Shown here: positions 25,606 to 38,020 of the stretch, piece by piece | How positions within the stretch are numbered: the stretch's first letter is position 1 | Layout of the letters: the number at the start of each line of letters is the position of its first letter | From: Octopus vulgaris | Taxonomy: Eukaryota | Reading direction: 5' to 3' | DNA length: 64,000 nucleotides | NCBI GenBank assembly: GCA_951406725.2 | Contig: OX597815.1 | Coordinates: 156,798,001-156,862,000, forward strand | The notes under the pieces: generated by a model | What the model was told of the DNA's origin: nothing | Databases searched by the model: none | Seen by the model: only the letters and a program-made list of their open reading frames with translations | Position numbers and translations under genes: made by a program

Positions 25606-27681
25606 ATATATATTCATTATATAGGCCATGAAGGCCTTACATAGAAGGGAAGCTACGGGCTGGACAGAGACATAATATTATTAAATGACAAAGGAAAATG
25701 ATGATAAAGGAAGGCAACAACCAACGCCCACCGATTGCTGCTTACCCGAGAACATTGATCTTTTATATTACATTTACGAGGCAACAAACCTCTTACATTT
25801 TTCACAGTTCAATACAAAATTCATTTACGAGAAAACAAACCTCTTCTACTTTTTACAATTCAAAAACAAAAATGAGGCACTAAGCCTCTTACCTTTATTT
25901 TGAACTTCCTTGCCCGACCAGGCTCCTCGCTTCATTCAAACACCTGGACGGTGCCACGTCGGGCCATTTTAATACGAATCAAAAGGTGTGCTCGTGAAAG
26001 GAATCCATCACCCTGCACAAATATGACCTCCGCAGCCACCTGCGAAGGCCAGTCAGGGACCTCAATGCAGGATAGCATTCCTTCCCTCCGGCCTTTCTTT
26101 ATAAACGTCTTTAGAAAGCTTTCCAATGACGGTCCCTTATGGAAGAGAATCACAAAATCCTCATACTTAGCATGTTTCTACCTTAGCAGGTTTCAACCTT
26201 CGACAGCACAACTTCCACCGTAGGTGCTTCGGGACACGCCAGCAGTGTGCCACAAACCGCCGGTAATGTCCCGTTTTTCTTTTTCTTCTTTTTTTCCTTG
26301 AGCCATGGGAGGGTGAAGTTCTTCCGTTCTGTCCGGAAGATCTTCCTTCCCTCCCGTAGCTTTTGAATCCTTCAGTGGGCAACCATTGTTGCCCACCTTT
26401 CTTTTTTTTCGAGGAGGTCTGCACCTTTTCGACTGCCTCCTTCTCTCCCTCCAATGGGGGAGCAGGGTTTAGTATTTTATTGACTGCTCCAGGACCTTGC
26501 CGTGGTCCTAAGGACAGTTCTTTTTAATGTGGCCTGGTTGCAGGCACAGGTGACACTTGGTGGGGGCGTTCCTCAAGCATCACCGGATACCTAGAATTGA
26601 CCATTCTCAAAAAATCTGGAAGTACCAGATTTTTAGTTGATTGGGTCCATAGGATCAAAACCGCTTTTGACCCCTCCCAATCAGACGCAGGCAAGATTTT
26701 CACATTGAGGAGCTTGGCTCCGCTGCCACCCACCACACCCCTGCAGATAGTATCCTCTATCCACTCGAGTTCTATTCTGGGTGGCAAACCACAGACCTAA
26801 GCCCTGGTCAACCTCCTCCCACAATAAGTGGGAACGAACAAAATTTCCCTGCCCTCCAAGGGCTTGCTCGCAAATTTGCGAACCTCTTCGGGGATGTCAA
26901 ATAGCAACCAGACCGTTGCATACTTGACCCCCGCCCCGAGATTTATTTGATAGTTGGAAAATACTCCGCCAACCCTTTTTCAATCATGGTCTTCCCAAAT
27001 ATGGCGATGGTGACGAGCGACTTAGAGTAAGTCCTTAACACCATTGTCTTCTCTTCGAAATTCTTTAGCAATTGTTTGGATGGTATTATTTCCCACTCCA
27101 CAATTTTGTCCATGTTCTTTGCCGAGTTTTAAATTAAAAGTAAAAAAAAACAGTTCACAATAAATTCCAAACAATGAGGAGAGAAATAAAAAAAGAAAGC
27201 CTCAACAAAAAGGAAAGAACAAAAAGTAAACAGTTCAATTAAGAAAGTCAAAAATAAAAGATAGAAGAAACGAAAGCAACAGTTAAAAAAACAGCAAAAA
27301 ATCTTCTGACTACTCGGTACCCCAGGACTAGAACGCCACAACTTGGAACACAGCTTTTCACAAAAATTGGTAAACGTTGAATTTCAAAAATCACTATTCA
27401 CAAAAAGTGAACAAATTTGCAAGTGAATTACGCCCCAACTATTCTCAAAATTAAATGAGAAAAACACTATTCACTCAAAGTGAACAAGTTTTGGAAGCTG
27501 GGATACGCCCCCAAATAATAATTCTCACAATTAAGTGACAAAAACTAAACAATCTACGGCAGGCAGTCTAGAGTTTAGAAGCAAGAAATCCTCACTGGAT
27601 TCTAACCTCTAGTCTGCCTGCAGTGGAGTACATAGTTTTCCTCACTTAATTGTGAGAATTATTGTTTGGGGGCGTATCCCA
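25606..27681 (-). mobile_element. Apparently full-length ORF1-only (HAL1-like) retroelement, ~2 kb, with disrupted CCHC zinc-knuckle ORF
   Basis: ORF from ATG at 27113 with stops/frameshifts; CHLCLQPGHIKKNCP (CX2CX4HX4C) at ~26510-26560; short 3' UTR followed by a (TCTA)n tract; no EN/RT. Confidence 0.7.
27499..27681. repeat. ~180-bp imperfect palindrome at the element 5' end
   Basis: tgggatacgcccccaaataataattctcacaattaagtga..gcaggcagtctagag mirrored by ctctagtctgcctgc..tcacttaattgtgagaattattgtttgggggcgtatccca. Confidence 0.9.
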
Positions 27682-27725
27682 AACACAATATATATATTCG
27701 GAATACTGTCGTTATCATAACTCTC

Positions 27726-27925
27726 AAGACGGCGAGATGGCAGAATCGTCAGTGTATCGGGAAAATACTTAACAGGATTTCGTTCGTCCTTACATTCGAT
27801 GTTGAAATTGCGTTGCGTTCGACATTGCCTTTCATTCTTCCGAGGTCGATGAAACAAGAACCAGTAGGACAGTTAGGTCGATGTAATCAAATTTCTCCTC
27901 TCTTCAAAATTACTAGCCTTGAGTC
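27726..27925 (+). mobile_element. Diverged family A SINE
   Basis: gacggcgagatggcagaatcg head, gcctttcattcttccgaggtcgat core. Confidence 0.7.
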
Positions 27926-28420
27926 ATAAGTAAAGTGGTTATTAAAATTGCTGCTTTAAAAGTTTTATTTCCTAAAGTCAGTTTATGGTTTGCAATAAAA
28001 GGAAGAAATTAACGTATTTGCTCATTATATTTCAAGTCGCATTTTTATTCCTAAATTATCCAGGCTTTATTCTGTGTAAGTGATTAAATATATATTTCAC
28101 ATTTTATAAACAACATAAAATAATAAATATAACAGCTCAAATTATAGAACATTGGTACGTAAATAGTTTAGAAATTATAACAATTTTAAATATCAGACAT
28201 GGAAAGAATAAATAATTTTCTACTGTCAATGGTATTTAAGAACTAGTTACTTTTAGAGAATAATTTTAATGCGAAATGTTAAAAACAATGGTGTTGCAGC
28301 ATATATATATATATATGGAAAAAATGGAGGGTATCCAGCTGTTAAACATTATACTATTATGTTTATTTGTTTATTTTAAACAGTTCAGATAATATGTAAA
28401 TGCATGTGTAAAGTATAAGT

Positions 28421-29202
28421 AATTTCTAAAATAGAGAAAGAAGAGAAATTTCTTACAGCTGTTTCAGCCCAGCGGTCACAGTATCCCACATGTTATTTCC
28501 ATCTTTTCAGTGTATTGTAGTAATCTGTAGATAAAATTAGGGTACTTTGGTATGCCTCTAGGATTTGTCAGAGAGTTTTATAAGATAGTCCAAGAAGTTC
28601 ATCGTGCTAATTTATGCATATATAAATATATACATATATATATATATATATCTACATATATACATACACACCCATATATATATATATATATACATACACA
28701 CATGCATGTATATAACAGAATTAGTTATTAGTAGATGTTGTACAATATTCTTATTAGAGCATGCATAAAACAGAAATAGAAATAACAGTATAATCGAAGA
28801 AAATAATGGTGTTTTGGAGGGGTAGAGTAATTTAGAAATGAAAATGCACATACAAGGAGAAATATATATATATATATATACATACATACAAATATAGATA
28901 CATATATATACATATATACATATATATACGCATATCTACACACACACACATATTTCATGCTTTAGATAAGGTGTACATTTGACGAAGTCTATATAGATAT
29001 GTTTGTTTATGCATAAATTAACCCTATGAACTTCTTGGACTATCTTATAAAAAACAAATCCTAGAGGCACACCCAAGTACCCTAATTTTATCTACAGATT
29101 ACTACAATACACTGAAAATGTGGAAATAGCATATGGGGTCCTGTGACCTCTGGGCTGAAACAGCTCTAAGACACTGCTCTTCTTTCTCTATTCTAGAAAT
29201 TT
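28421..29202. repeat. ~200-bp diverged inverted repeat pair (28421-28620 / 29008-29202), Penelope pLTR-like
   Basis: Shared blocks tgaacttcttggactatcttataaaa and taccctaattttatctacagattactacaatacactgaaaa in opposite orientation; GAAACAGCTGTA hammerhead-like half. Confidence 0.85.
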
Positions 29203-29320
29203 CTAATACGTGTGTGCGTATATATATGTATATATATATATATATACATACATACGAACACATATATGCATATATATAATATATATGTATTTATATGTAT
29301 TTATGTGGGAGTGTGCGGGC

Positions 29321-29357
<37 letters not shown>

Positions 29358-29744
29358 TGTGTATGCGGGGGCAAGGGCGCCTGCATATATACATACATAT
29401 ATATATATATAAAGGTTTGCAGTTGTCCGCCCTCTTGGGTAGATCTTGTGCACCTGAATCTTCTGCAGCACTCCTTATTCGAGCTGGAAGGGTCCGTAAC
29501 CTCTTCTAGTACGCTAAATAAAATATTTAACCTTCATCTACCGTTACAAGATCTTGAGTATTTCCCGTTGCTGTGATCTGGCTGGCAAGATTGGAACTCG
29601 GAATACAGAGATATACCGTAAAGCATCTCTGTCGACTCACTCTCGCCACTAAACAATGCTTACTCTCTCTCTTTCACACACACGCACACACACTCACTCA
29701 CGCGCACACACACACTCACACACGCATACACACACATATATATC

Positions 29745-29776
<32 letters not shown>

Positions 29777-29979
29777 TGTGTGTATGTATGTATGTGTGTA
29801 TGTATGTATGTATGTATGTATGTATGTATGTATGTTGTCCAGTATCGTTATTAATACTGGTCGAATATTTTAAGCAAATATGATATAATATCAGTAAATA
29901 GTAATTACTATGTGAAAAAGGAAAAAAAAATTTGAGACTGTGTAACAACTTTATAAAGATATGATCTTTAAATGCGGAA

Positions 29980-30990
29980 TTTGGTCCACTTCACTAACTG
30001 AAACTGACAGGAGTAAAACCAGTTATGTTGCTACGCACTAAAACTCTGTAACATTAAAAATCTAACTCTCAAAACTCTTATATAATCAAAATCTCAAACT
30101 GTTTCTGCGCAATATTCACGGTCCAGCCTTATTCTAGGAGCTCAAAGCAGTTGCTGGATATGTCTGAGCAACATACACTATAACTAGCCGAAGATGCCTC
30201 TTGGGAGATGATGAAACTTGGAGTAGTACTCTAGAAGAATCAGCTTTACTCGAGATGGGGACCTTTTTCATTATTATTTTTGTTTGCCCGTTCATCATCC
30301 AGTCCTCTGGAATTTGGAAGAATCTCAAGGACAACAGTCAATGATTGAAAATGTATTTCCACTAAAATGAAGTACTCCCAGTTCTGGAAAAAAAACTAAA
30401 TATAAGTTTACTCAATGATCAAATAACCGGCGAGATATAACTCGAGATAATCATCTTGCCATCGCAATAAATTGCAAGGCAGCTGACACTAGATAAAGTG
30501 AATGAGGCTGTCATTTATCTAACAGAGCCTCTCAAATCTTTTCAGCCAACTATTGGTCTATTTAACTAATTGAAACTGAGAGTAGTAAAACCAGTTATGT
30601 TGCTACGAAAGTTGGATGCACTAAAGTTCTAACAGTGCAAATCTAATTCTGAAAACTCTTACGACCCATACAATCATAACAACCATTTTGACTGATTGTG
30701 CCAAGCGAGGTGTTTACATTCTACTCTTTATTCTCATCCTACCAGATAAGGCATTACATATGAAATGCCTTTACATTCCAGCGTCATTGTCTTTTTCTAT
30801 GAACGTCAATACGTATCTCTCTCAGAGTTGCAGGAATTGAATTGACAAATTGATGATTCTCTTGTGGTCAGCTTTATGTTGTATGCTTATCCATAGGGCC
30901 AATCAGACTTCTTTTTACCAGGGCTTCAGATTGCTGTAAAATGAATGTCTGTCCACAGCTCTTGATTTAAACACAATTTTGTTAGAATTG
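29980..30990 (+). pseudogene. Helitron PIF1-like helicase C-terminal remnant
   Basis: EAVIYLTE..LKLRVVKPVMLLRKLD..ILTDCAK..LSFSMNVN..LRVAGIEL..FSCGQLYVVC matches the Helitron helicase motifs LKVGxPxMLLRNL, FAMTINK, FSHGQLYVA. Confidence 0.85.
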
Positions 30991-31399
30991 CTTCTATTTT
31001 ATATGTTGTATAACAAATTAGAATTACAATGAAATATACGAAGTCACAAAATATAGTATTTTCTTATGACACAAAATTCTATAAAATAAATACATACAGC
31101 AACGAAAGCTTCAAACTTGATAGAAACATGGAAAAATTCAACTTTAGAATATAGCTACATTAAAATAAACTATTATGCAAATATATCATTTTAACAGAAA
31201 AAGTACTGCATAAAATTATGTATAAGTAACGTCATTTAGGCTTATAGTAAAAGGTTATACCATATTATATAACATAATTTAAATATTTATATATATCATG
31301 TATGTAAATATATATCTGTGTGGGTGTGGGTGGGTGTGGGTGTGTATGGAGGAAGGGGAAGGAGTGTATGTATGTATAACTTATATTCTATATGCTACC

Positions 31400-31960
31400 T
31401 TTTACTAAAACGCAGACCACACATCATATGCTTCCTAGCGCAACAAATTTCTCATCGCTTACATACCTTCCACTTTTACGGTCCAGGCTACACTCATTAC
31501 TCTAACTTTACTCCGAAAGGTAGCGCCTTCTTACATATAGATTCCACTCTCCCATTCTCACCTCCCTCACCTGGATATAAGCGATAAAAGCTTACAATTA
31601 ATCTAGATTTAAGTCCTCCTCATTTATCACCCGTCCTCAATATATCTACTGCTTCTAAAACTATCAGAGCCTGCCATAAAACTATCCTGCCATCAACAAC
31701 ATTTCACCCACATGTTTTCGTCTACATATTTAGCTCTATTCTCTACGCTTCGAATCGCGCTTAGTGAACCTCATATTCCAAACTGACACTGGCGGTGCAG
31801 ATACCGATTTCTTGGTAATCTTTAAAGAACGCATTCAGCTAATTTCATTCCCTAAACGCATCCCTGGCAACAAAATAACACTCCAAACATGCCTGACTTC
31901 TTTCACATCTCCAATCCCAACATCTACTAGAAGCTCCACTTTCAATCCTAATAGGTTAAT
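31400..31960 (+). pseudogene. Decayed CR1/L2-group LINE endonuclease fragment
   Basis: RPHIICFLAQQIS..PGY.HYSNF.PKG and QLISFPKRIPG resemble APE motifs (ETQI, PTRIP). Confidence 0.5.
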
Positions 31961-31984
31961 TACAATTTTTTTTTATCATTGCTC

Positions 31985-32523
31985 TTCCCACACGGCCTCA
32001 GACTCAACATGGAGCCCTACATCAGGTTCTTGGAGCAGATAGTGCTGCCCTGGGTCAAGAAGGTGGCTGCTAGAAGATCCTATGACTGGCAATATGACTC
32101 TGCACCATGCCACATAAGCAGGAGAACCCAGTCATGGCTGTGAGATAATTTCTGCGACCACATCACCCCTAAAATCTGGTCACCTAACTTCCCAGACTGC
32201 AACCCCTTGATTATTATGTGTGGGGCGCAGTCGAGCGAGAGACTAACAAAACTCCTGGTAACATCAATGATGAAATGAAGGCAAGGATTATGGCAGTTTA
32301 AACACCAACTTCAACAAGGAGATCGTCCAGAAAAATTGCAGAAGCTTTGGAAGTCGTCTGGAGGCTGTGGTTGAAACTAATGGCAATTTTATTGAATAAA
32401 TTTACTCTTTAGTATTTCAAGATATTTTTTATGAAAATTTGGAAAAGATATATGTTAAAATGAGACGTGATTGCTATTTTTATTTTTGCGTAATTTAGAC
32501 GAAAATATATTCACTGCACCCTG
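31985..32523 (+). mobile_element. maT (DD37D) transposon 3' remnant
   Basis: WQYDSAPCH..WSPNFPDCNP(L)DYYVWG with 37 residues between the Ds (one stop, one frameshift); terminus cactgcaccctg followed by TA. Confidence 0.8.
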
Positions 32524-32535
32524 TATACATATCTA

Positions 32536-32761
32536 TAGAAGGAGGTACTGAAAAAATATTCATGGCTTTAAGTGTATCACGAAAAGCAAAGTCATGGTTG
32601 AAGGCCCAAATTTCCGAGTTCTTTTACAGGGCTTCGAAATACTGAAGCGCTGCAATAATTCTATGACTCTGAGAGTTGAATATGTTGAATAGAATCATAA
32701 ATAAACTATTTTCCTGTATTTTCTTTTACCTACAGCCATGCCCCTTTTAGTACTCCCGCGT
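32536..32761 (+). mobile_element. Mariner-derived MITE, old copy
   Basis: Colinear with 61376-61580; degenerate TIRs. Confidence 0.65.
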
Positions 32762-34479
32762 TTCTCCACTCATGAATTAATATGTAACTTCAGTTTTATC
32801 CGAATATTTGTTTTAATATCTTAACATATAGAGTCTCTTGTTCCAACTATATTGAGATATTCAATTCCTTTGATAATATAATTAGTTTTATATCAAGATG
32901 TCGGCAGTATGTTGATATGGATATTTATATATCAATATATTATCGCATTTTATATATTACGCTATTTAATTTGTTGAGTGTGTGTGTGCATGTGTGCATG
33001 CATGCATGTGTTGTCTAGCCAGAATTAAATTCGTTAGTCAGTGTTCATTATTGCTACACATGAGTATAATAAATGGACTTAGTTCAATCAGTGCGTATGA
33101 CTCCATCTGATTGCGGCGTCTTATACTATTTACCGTTGCTCTGTTATCTTGACAACGCTGACGTCACTCTCATAAGTGATTATCCAATATTTTAAACATA
33201 ATTTCATAAGTTAGAAATGCCATTTACTTAGCTCAAACACATAACTCTCATATAATGATTAATGAAAATTAACTTCAATGTGAAAAAGACAGATGTTAGA
33301 TAAAATAATTATTGTAATATTACTACTTGTAAATATATTAGTAGTAGACGATGATTTTTGTTTACCCCAGGCCAGCTCGAGCTACACGAGGAAAAGAAAT
33401 ATGATGAAAGATGGTCTTGCTATGACCATCCTGTTTTTTTATGTATTTTATATTTCACAGCATTCTCTAACGTGCTCTCTTTAAAAGACAATTGTGCATG
33501 ACTTGAGGAAACGTTTGCTTGCTTCTAGCAGGTTTAACAGGCACCTAGTCGCCTCACACGCTGGTTCGTAACTTTAGATACCAATTGTGCTGGATTTATT
33601 TATTGATCAAGATGGATAATTATGACTTTAATTAATTGATCTATTGTAGGTTCTGTTCTGCCAACATCACTGGAGAAGATGATCGCAACAATAAAACGCA
33701 ACACTTGAAATGTTAGCATTTGCTAATAATGTATTTCAAATGTATTTATAACTTGAAATCTCGTTGAAGCGAGAGTCTATCTTCTTTTATTTATTTTTCT
33801 TTTCAAGATTTCTTTTTTATTTTTTGGTTTAGATAATATGTTGTTCTCATGGCTTTCGTAGATGCTTAGAAACCAGCGAGGTCAATCCGGTATATTTTGT
33901 TTAATCTTTATATTTTCATTAAATATTTTTTGATGTGGAGACAAAAAGAAGGGCCATGGTACTCGCAGGCATTTGAGTCAGTTAAATTCGACGCATTTCA
34001 TATTACTCTTAAATAAGTGTAGACCTACGATAAAGAGAGAATTATGAAGATAGACGTAGTTTACACAAGGCTTGTTATGGTTCACGAGAAGAAAATAGAC
34101 GACTGAATTGAGATTACCCAAGAGAAAACGGTACGAAATTAACGAGTTATAAAGGATAGAGGCTACTGTAGTTGCAGTAGAAAAGGTACAATGAGAAGAT
34201 AGCATGTCTTTGAATCAGTGTTTGAAGTATGTGAATGAATTGTAGCCAATCCAACGGATGATATTGTTCTGAAGGTATGACAAAACATATTCCTGTGTGC
34301 TGCGGCAGAGCAGTGCTATATGTACGGACATGATTTCATTAGGGCGGATTATATTATCTGCTTGAAATAACAGTTAAATAATCCTCAAATTAGATACACC
34401 TGTTTTAAAAGAGAAACAAAGGAATGTTTTATTAATGTCTTAACTACTCTACGTCTCAAGAAAAGTTTGACATAATCTG

Positions 34480-34690
34480 TCTTGTATTTCACTTGTTTCA
34501 GTCATTGGACTGTGACCATGCTGGGCCAGCCCTTTAGTCGAACAAGAAGACTCCAGTACTTTTTTTCAGGTCTGGTACCTAGTCTATAGGCCACTTTTGC
34601 CGAAGCGCTATGTTACGGGAATAAACAAACCAACATCGTTTGTCAAACGATGTTGGAGGGCAAACACAATGACATAGACACACATACACA
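34480..34690 (-). mobile_element. Family B SINE 3' half
   Basis: acttgtttcagtcattggactgtgaccatgctgg tail motif. Confidence 0.7.
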
Positions 34691-34693
34691 AAC

Positions 34694-34728
<35 letters not shown>

Positions 34729-34745
34729 CATCTATATCTATATAT

Positions 34746-34816
<71 letters not shown>

Positions 34817-35249
34817 TTAAATTACTTGGGAAAATGAATTTGTAAATCAATCAGGTACAACCCTTCAGCATTACATGCATCTACATATCGTACCCTGGGT
34901 TCTTCTTTATCATATATTTATATATTTATCTAGAAATATACAAAATATCTAATAAAAGTAAAAAATAATTCAGTTTTGGGATTAATAGATATACGGGTAT
35001 TCTATTTCAAATAACACAAGAAAATAACCTAATGAGTATATCTGAAAGTAAACTCACGGTATCCATTTGCACATCATAAAATAATACCTAAAGGACATAA
35101 CCATTATACCACCAGATTATATACTATACTTCTTTAATTATCTAGTACTGTAGTTACTACTAAATTATCTAAATATGAAGGAACTACACGGGTTTCAGGA
35201 TTGGAAGATTTCAATATATACATACACACAATTGTATACATGTATATAT

Positions 35250-35545
35250 CACGTGATCACGTGACCGACCAGACCATCAGATGTTGTTACACACCGCTGG
35301 TCACAATGCGTTTGCATTGTTTTAGCCTTCGAATGACGCCACCCCGCTGGTTAAGCGAGCAGGCCAACAGAAGAAAGAGTCGGAGAAAGAGTGGTGAAAG
35401 AGTACAGCAGGGATCACCACCCCCTGCCGGAGCCTCGTGGAGCTTTTAGGTGTTTTCGTTCAATAAACACTCACAACGCCCGGTCTGGGAATCGAAACCG
35501 CAATCCTACGACCGCGAGTCCGCTGCCCTAACCATTGCGCCTCCA
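35250..35545 (-). mobile_element. tRNA-derived SINE (family C) nested in the Penelope 3' region
   Basis: Head ggaggcgcaatggttagggcagcggactcgcggtc..ggtttcgattccc; head shared with 63725-64000. Confidence 0.8.
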
Positions 35546-36189
35546 CACATGTATATATATGCATATATAAATACATATGTGCAATCATCAGACTTACAAT
35601 TATTCCAACACATTCTATTCCAAATATTATAATGTTAATTTTACATCCCTTTCAAAAATAAGAAATAAAATTAAGCATTAAAGATTAAAATTAAAAATTA
35701 AAATTATACTTTGTAATATTAAAAATTAAAATTTATATATCATACATTATAAATATGAATTAGTATATATATATATCAACCTAGTAAAATCAAGTATATA
35801 ATGTCAAATACAAATTATAAGATATAAAAGTATACTTCAGAATAAAAATGTGAAATATATTAAGAAAAATTCAAATATATATCTTCCTTTTTTGCTGTTA
35901 CCAGGATTACTTTTCAAAATGGCAATTAGCGGAAGAAGATAGCGGGGAACTATGGGAATTTATAAGTGATTAGTACCAGGGGGGAGGGGCAATTACCCTA
36001 TGCATAGTTTAAATTTAAACTATCCTCTATTATTATCTTCAATTTACCTATGTTGAGAGATATATGTAATTTGTTATTATATGATTTTTGTAATATTTAA
36101 TTCATTTATTTATTTATATAGTCTATACGAGGGCTGTATAAATAAAATTATGTGGATATTTGATTCAGAGGGGGTTCAGTATTTCATTT

Positions 36190-37795
36190 TATTGAAAGTA
36201 AAATTACTTCGGTGCCAACATTTCATTCACGTCCATCATATGTGTTTAATAAACCATCTCTAAACTGTAGTAGTTTCATCAGTTCTGTTATGCATAATAA
36301 ACACAATTTATTCCCAACATTATAGGAGTGGGCTCTACTTATCATACTCCACCTAAGGGTGTACTCTTTTTTTCTAGATTTTAATTCCCATACATATTTA
36401 CTTAAGCCTGTGGACTAACTTAAATTATGATTTTTGATGGTCTGGTAGTGTTGGGATATTCTTTTTTAAATTTCATTAGCTCTTGATCCAATATAAGCCT
36501 TATTTATAATTTCATTATTATTGCTCTTAGAGCTTACTATACATTTATTAATTATATTATTAATATTACTGTTATCAGACAACTTACATTTAGTCTTATC
36601 ACGACATGAGCATTTTTCTATATGTTGATTAAGACTTTTATCACTATCGGTTATATTATTGCTAGAGCTATTATTTATTATGCTATTAAAATAATTATTT
36701 AATTTCGTATTATTTATAGAGGAAATAATATTATCTATATTTCTCGATGTTGACTATCCCACTCTAATTGTTTTATTGGAAAATATATTTGAATAACTGT
36801 TGTTCTTTTTAAAAACCATTTTTTACAATTTTAAGTGTCTTCTTAAAGTGTCTTCTTAGTCACCACTTGAGCCCCATACGGAATAATTAGCCATATAATA
36901 TCCTTTTTATTTTTTTTATTTTTTATATTATAATCATTAGACCTCATCGGCATTAAATTGTTGTTCTTTGGTATATTACATCTCTGCTTGTACAGTTTCC
37001 TCTCTTTCTTATTATTGCTCATATTCTCATTATCAATATTACTATTATTATTGTAATCATAAATAACAACTATATTATTTTTATCTTTATTTAGTTTGTT
37101 ATATTATCTTGTATCATCATTATTCATATTTTTACTGTTAGAATTATTATTAGTTTTATTAGGATTACTTATTTTATTATTATTAACGCGTTCATAATAA
37201 TTATAGGATTTTATATTAATGCTATATCCTGCTTCTTTTAATGCTTTATTATAATATGGGGCATGTATATTAAAAGTGTCATAATCTGAGGATAGCCTAG
37301 ATATTCTTTTGCCTATATTATCTATTAAAGCTTCTTTAATTGATCTAGGATGGTTACTAAAATAACTAATATACTTTAGATTTTCATTCAACTTATGGAA
37401 TGGATGGTTCTTATTAGTGACTAGATTAAGGTTGACGTCTAGATAATTTACTGCATAATGCGCATTCTCTATAGATATTCCTAGGCCATTATTCTTAAAG
37501 AACTTGTACATTTTCTTCTTAAGGGGTTCTAATGACGTATTGGTATTGGTACAATTCCTGGTTATAAGTAATAGGTCGTCCTTTCCACTTCAGATAAGAT
37601 ATATAAACCTACAAGATCGGTAACCTGGGCACAATCTGGGGCACCCATGGGTATATAAAAACAATCTCTTGTGTCTTTTCTTGCCCATAGTTTATCTTTA
37701 TATTTTATAATAGACTTCCTCGCGTCCAACACGACTTTAACTTCTTCAAATAATACGGCGTATGATATGGCGTATGATACGGCCTTATATAATTT
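36190..37795 (-). pseudogene. Penelope-type reverse transcriptase + GIY-YIG endonuclease, disrupted
   Basis: MGAPDCAQVTDLVGLYIL, DDLLLIT, VNYLDVNLNL..YISYFSNHP..RISRLSS; then KCSCRDKTKC, YIGS, TGLSKYVWELK, CLLCITE. Confidence 0.9.
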
Positions 37796-37984
37796 AGTGG
37801 TAACTAAAGTAGGAGATAATTAAGGAAGTATAGTATATACCCTGATGATATAATGGTTATGTCCGTTAAGTATTATTTTGTGATGGGCAAATGGATACCA
37901 TGAGTTTAGTTTCGGATATACTCATTAGGTTATTTTTTGTATTACCTGAAATAGAATACCCGCATATCTATTAATCCCCAAAAC

Positions 37985-38020
<36 letters not shown>

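Larger units (their letters stand above)
34830..37990 (-). mobile_element. Decayed Penelope-like element (probably Naiad-like) with 3' pLTR and inverted pLTR fragment at the truncated 5' end
   Basis: 34978-35175 is the diverged reverse complement of 37790-37980; RT and GIY-YIG remnants lie between them. Confidence 0.85.

Noticed and set aside
33159-33166. Perfect CRE site TGACGTCA
   Set aside because: A single 8-mer is expected by chance in 64 kb.
37838-37970. CTGATGA and CTAATGA..GAAAC strings in the inverted pLTR
   Set aside because: Could not close stem I or stem III in either orientation.
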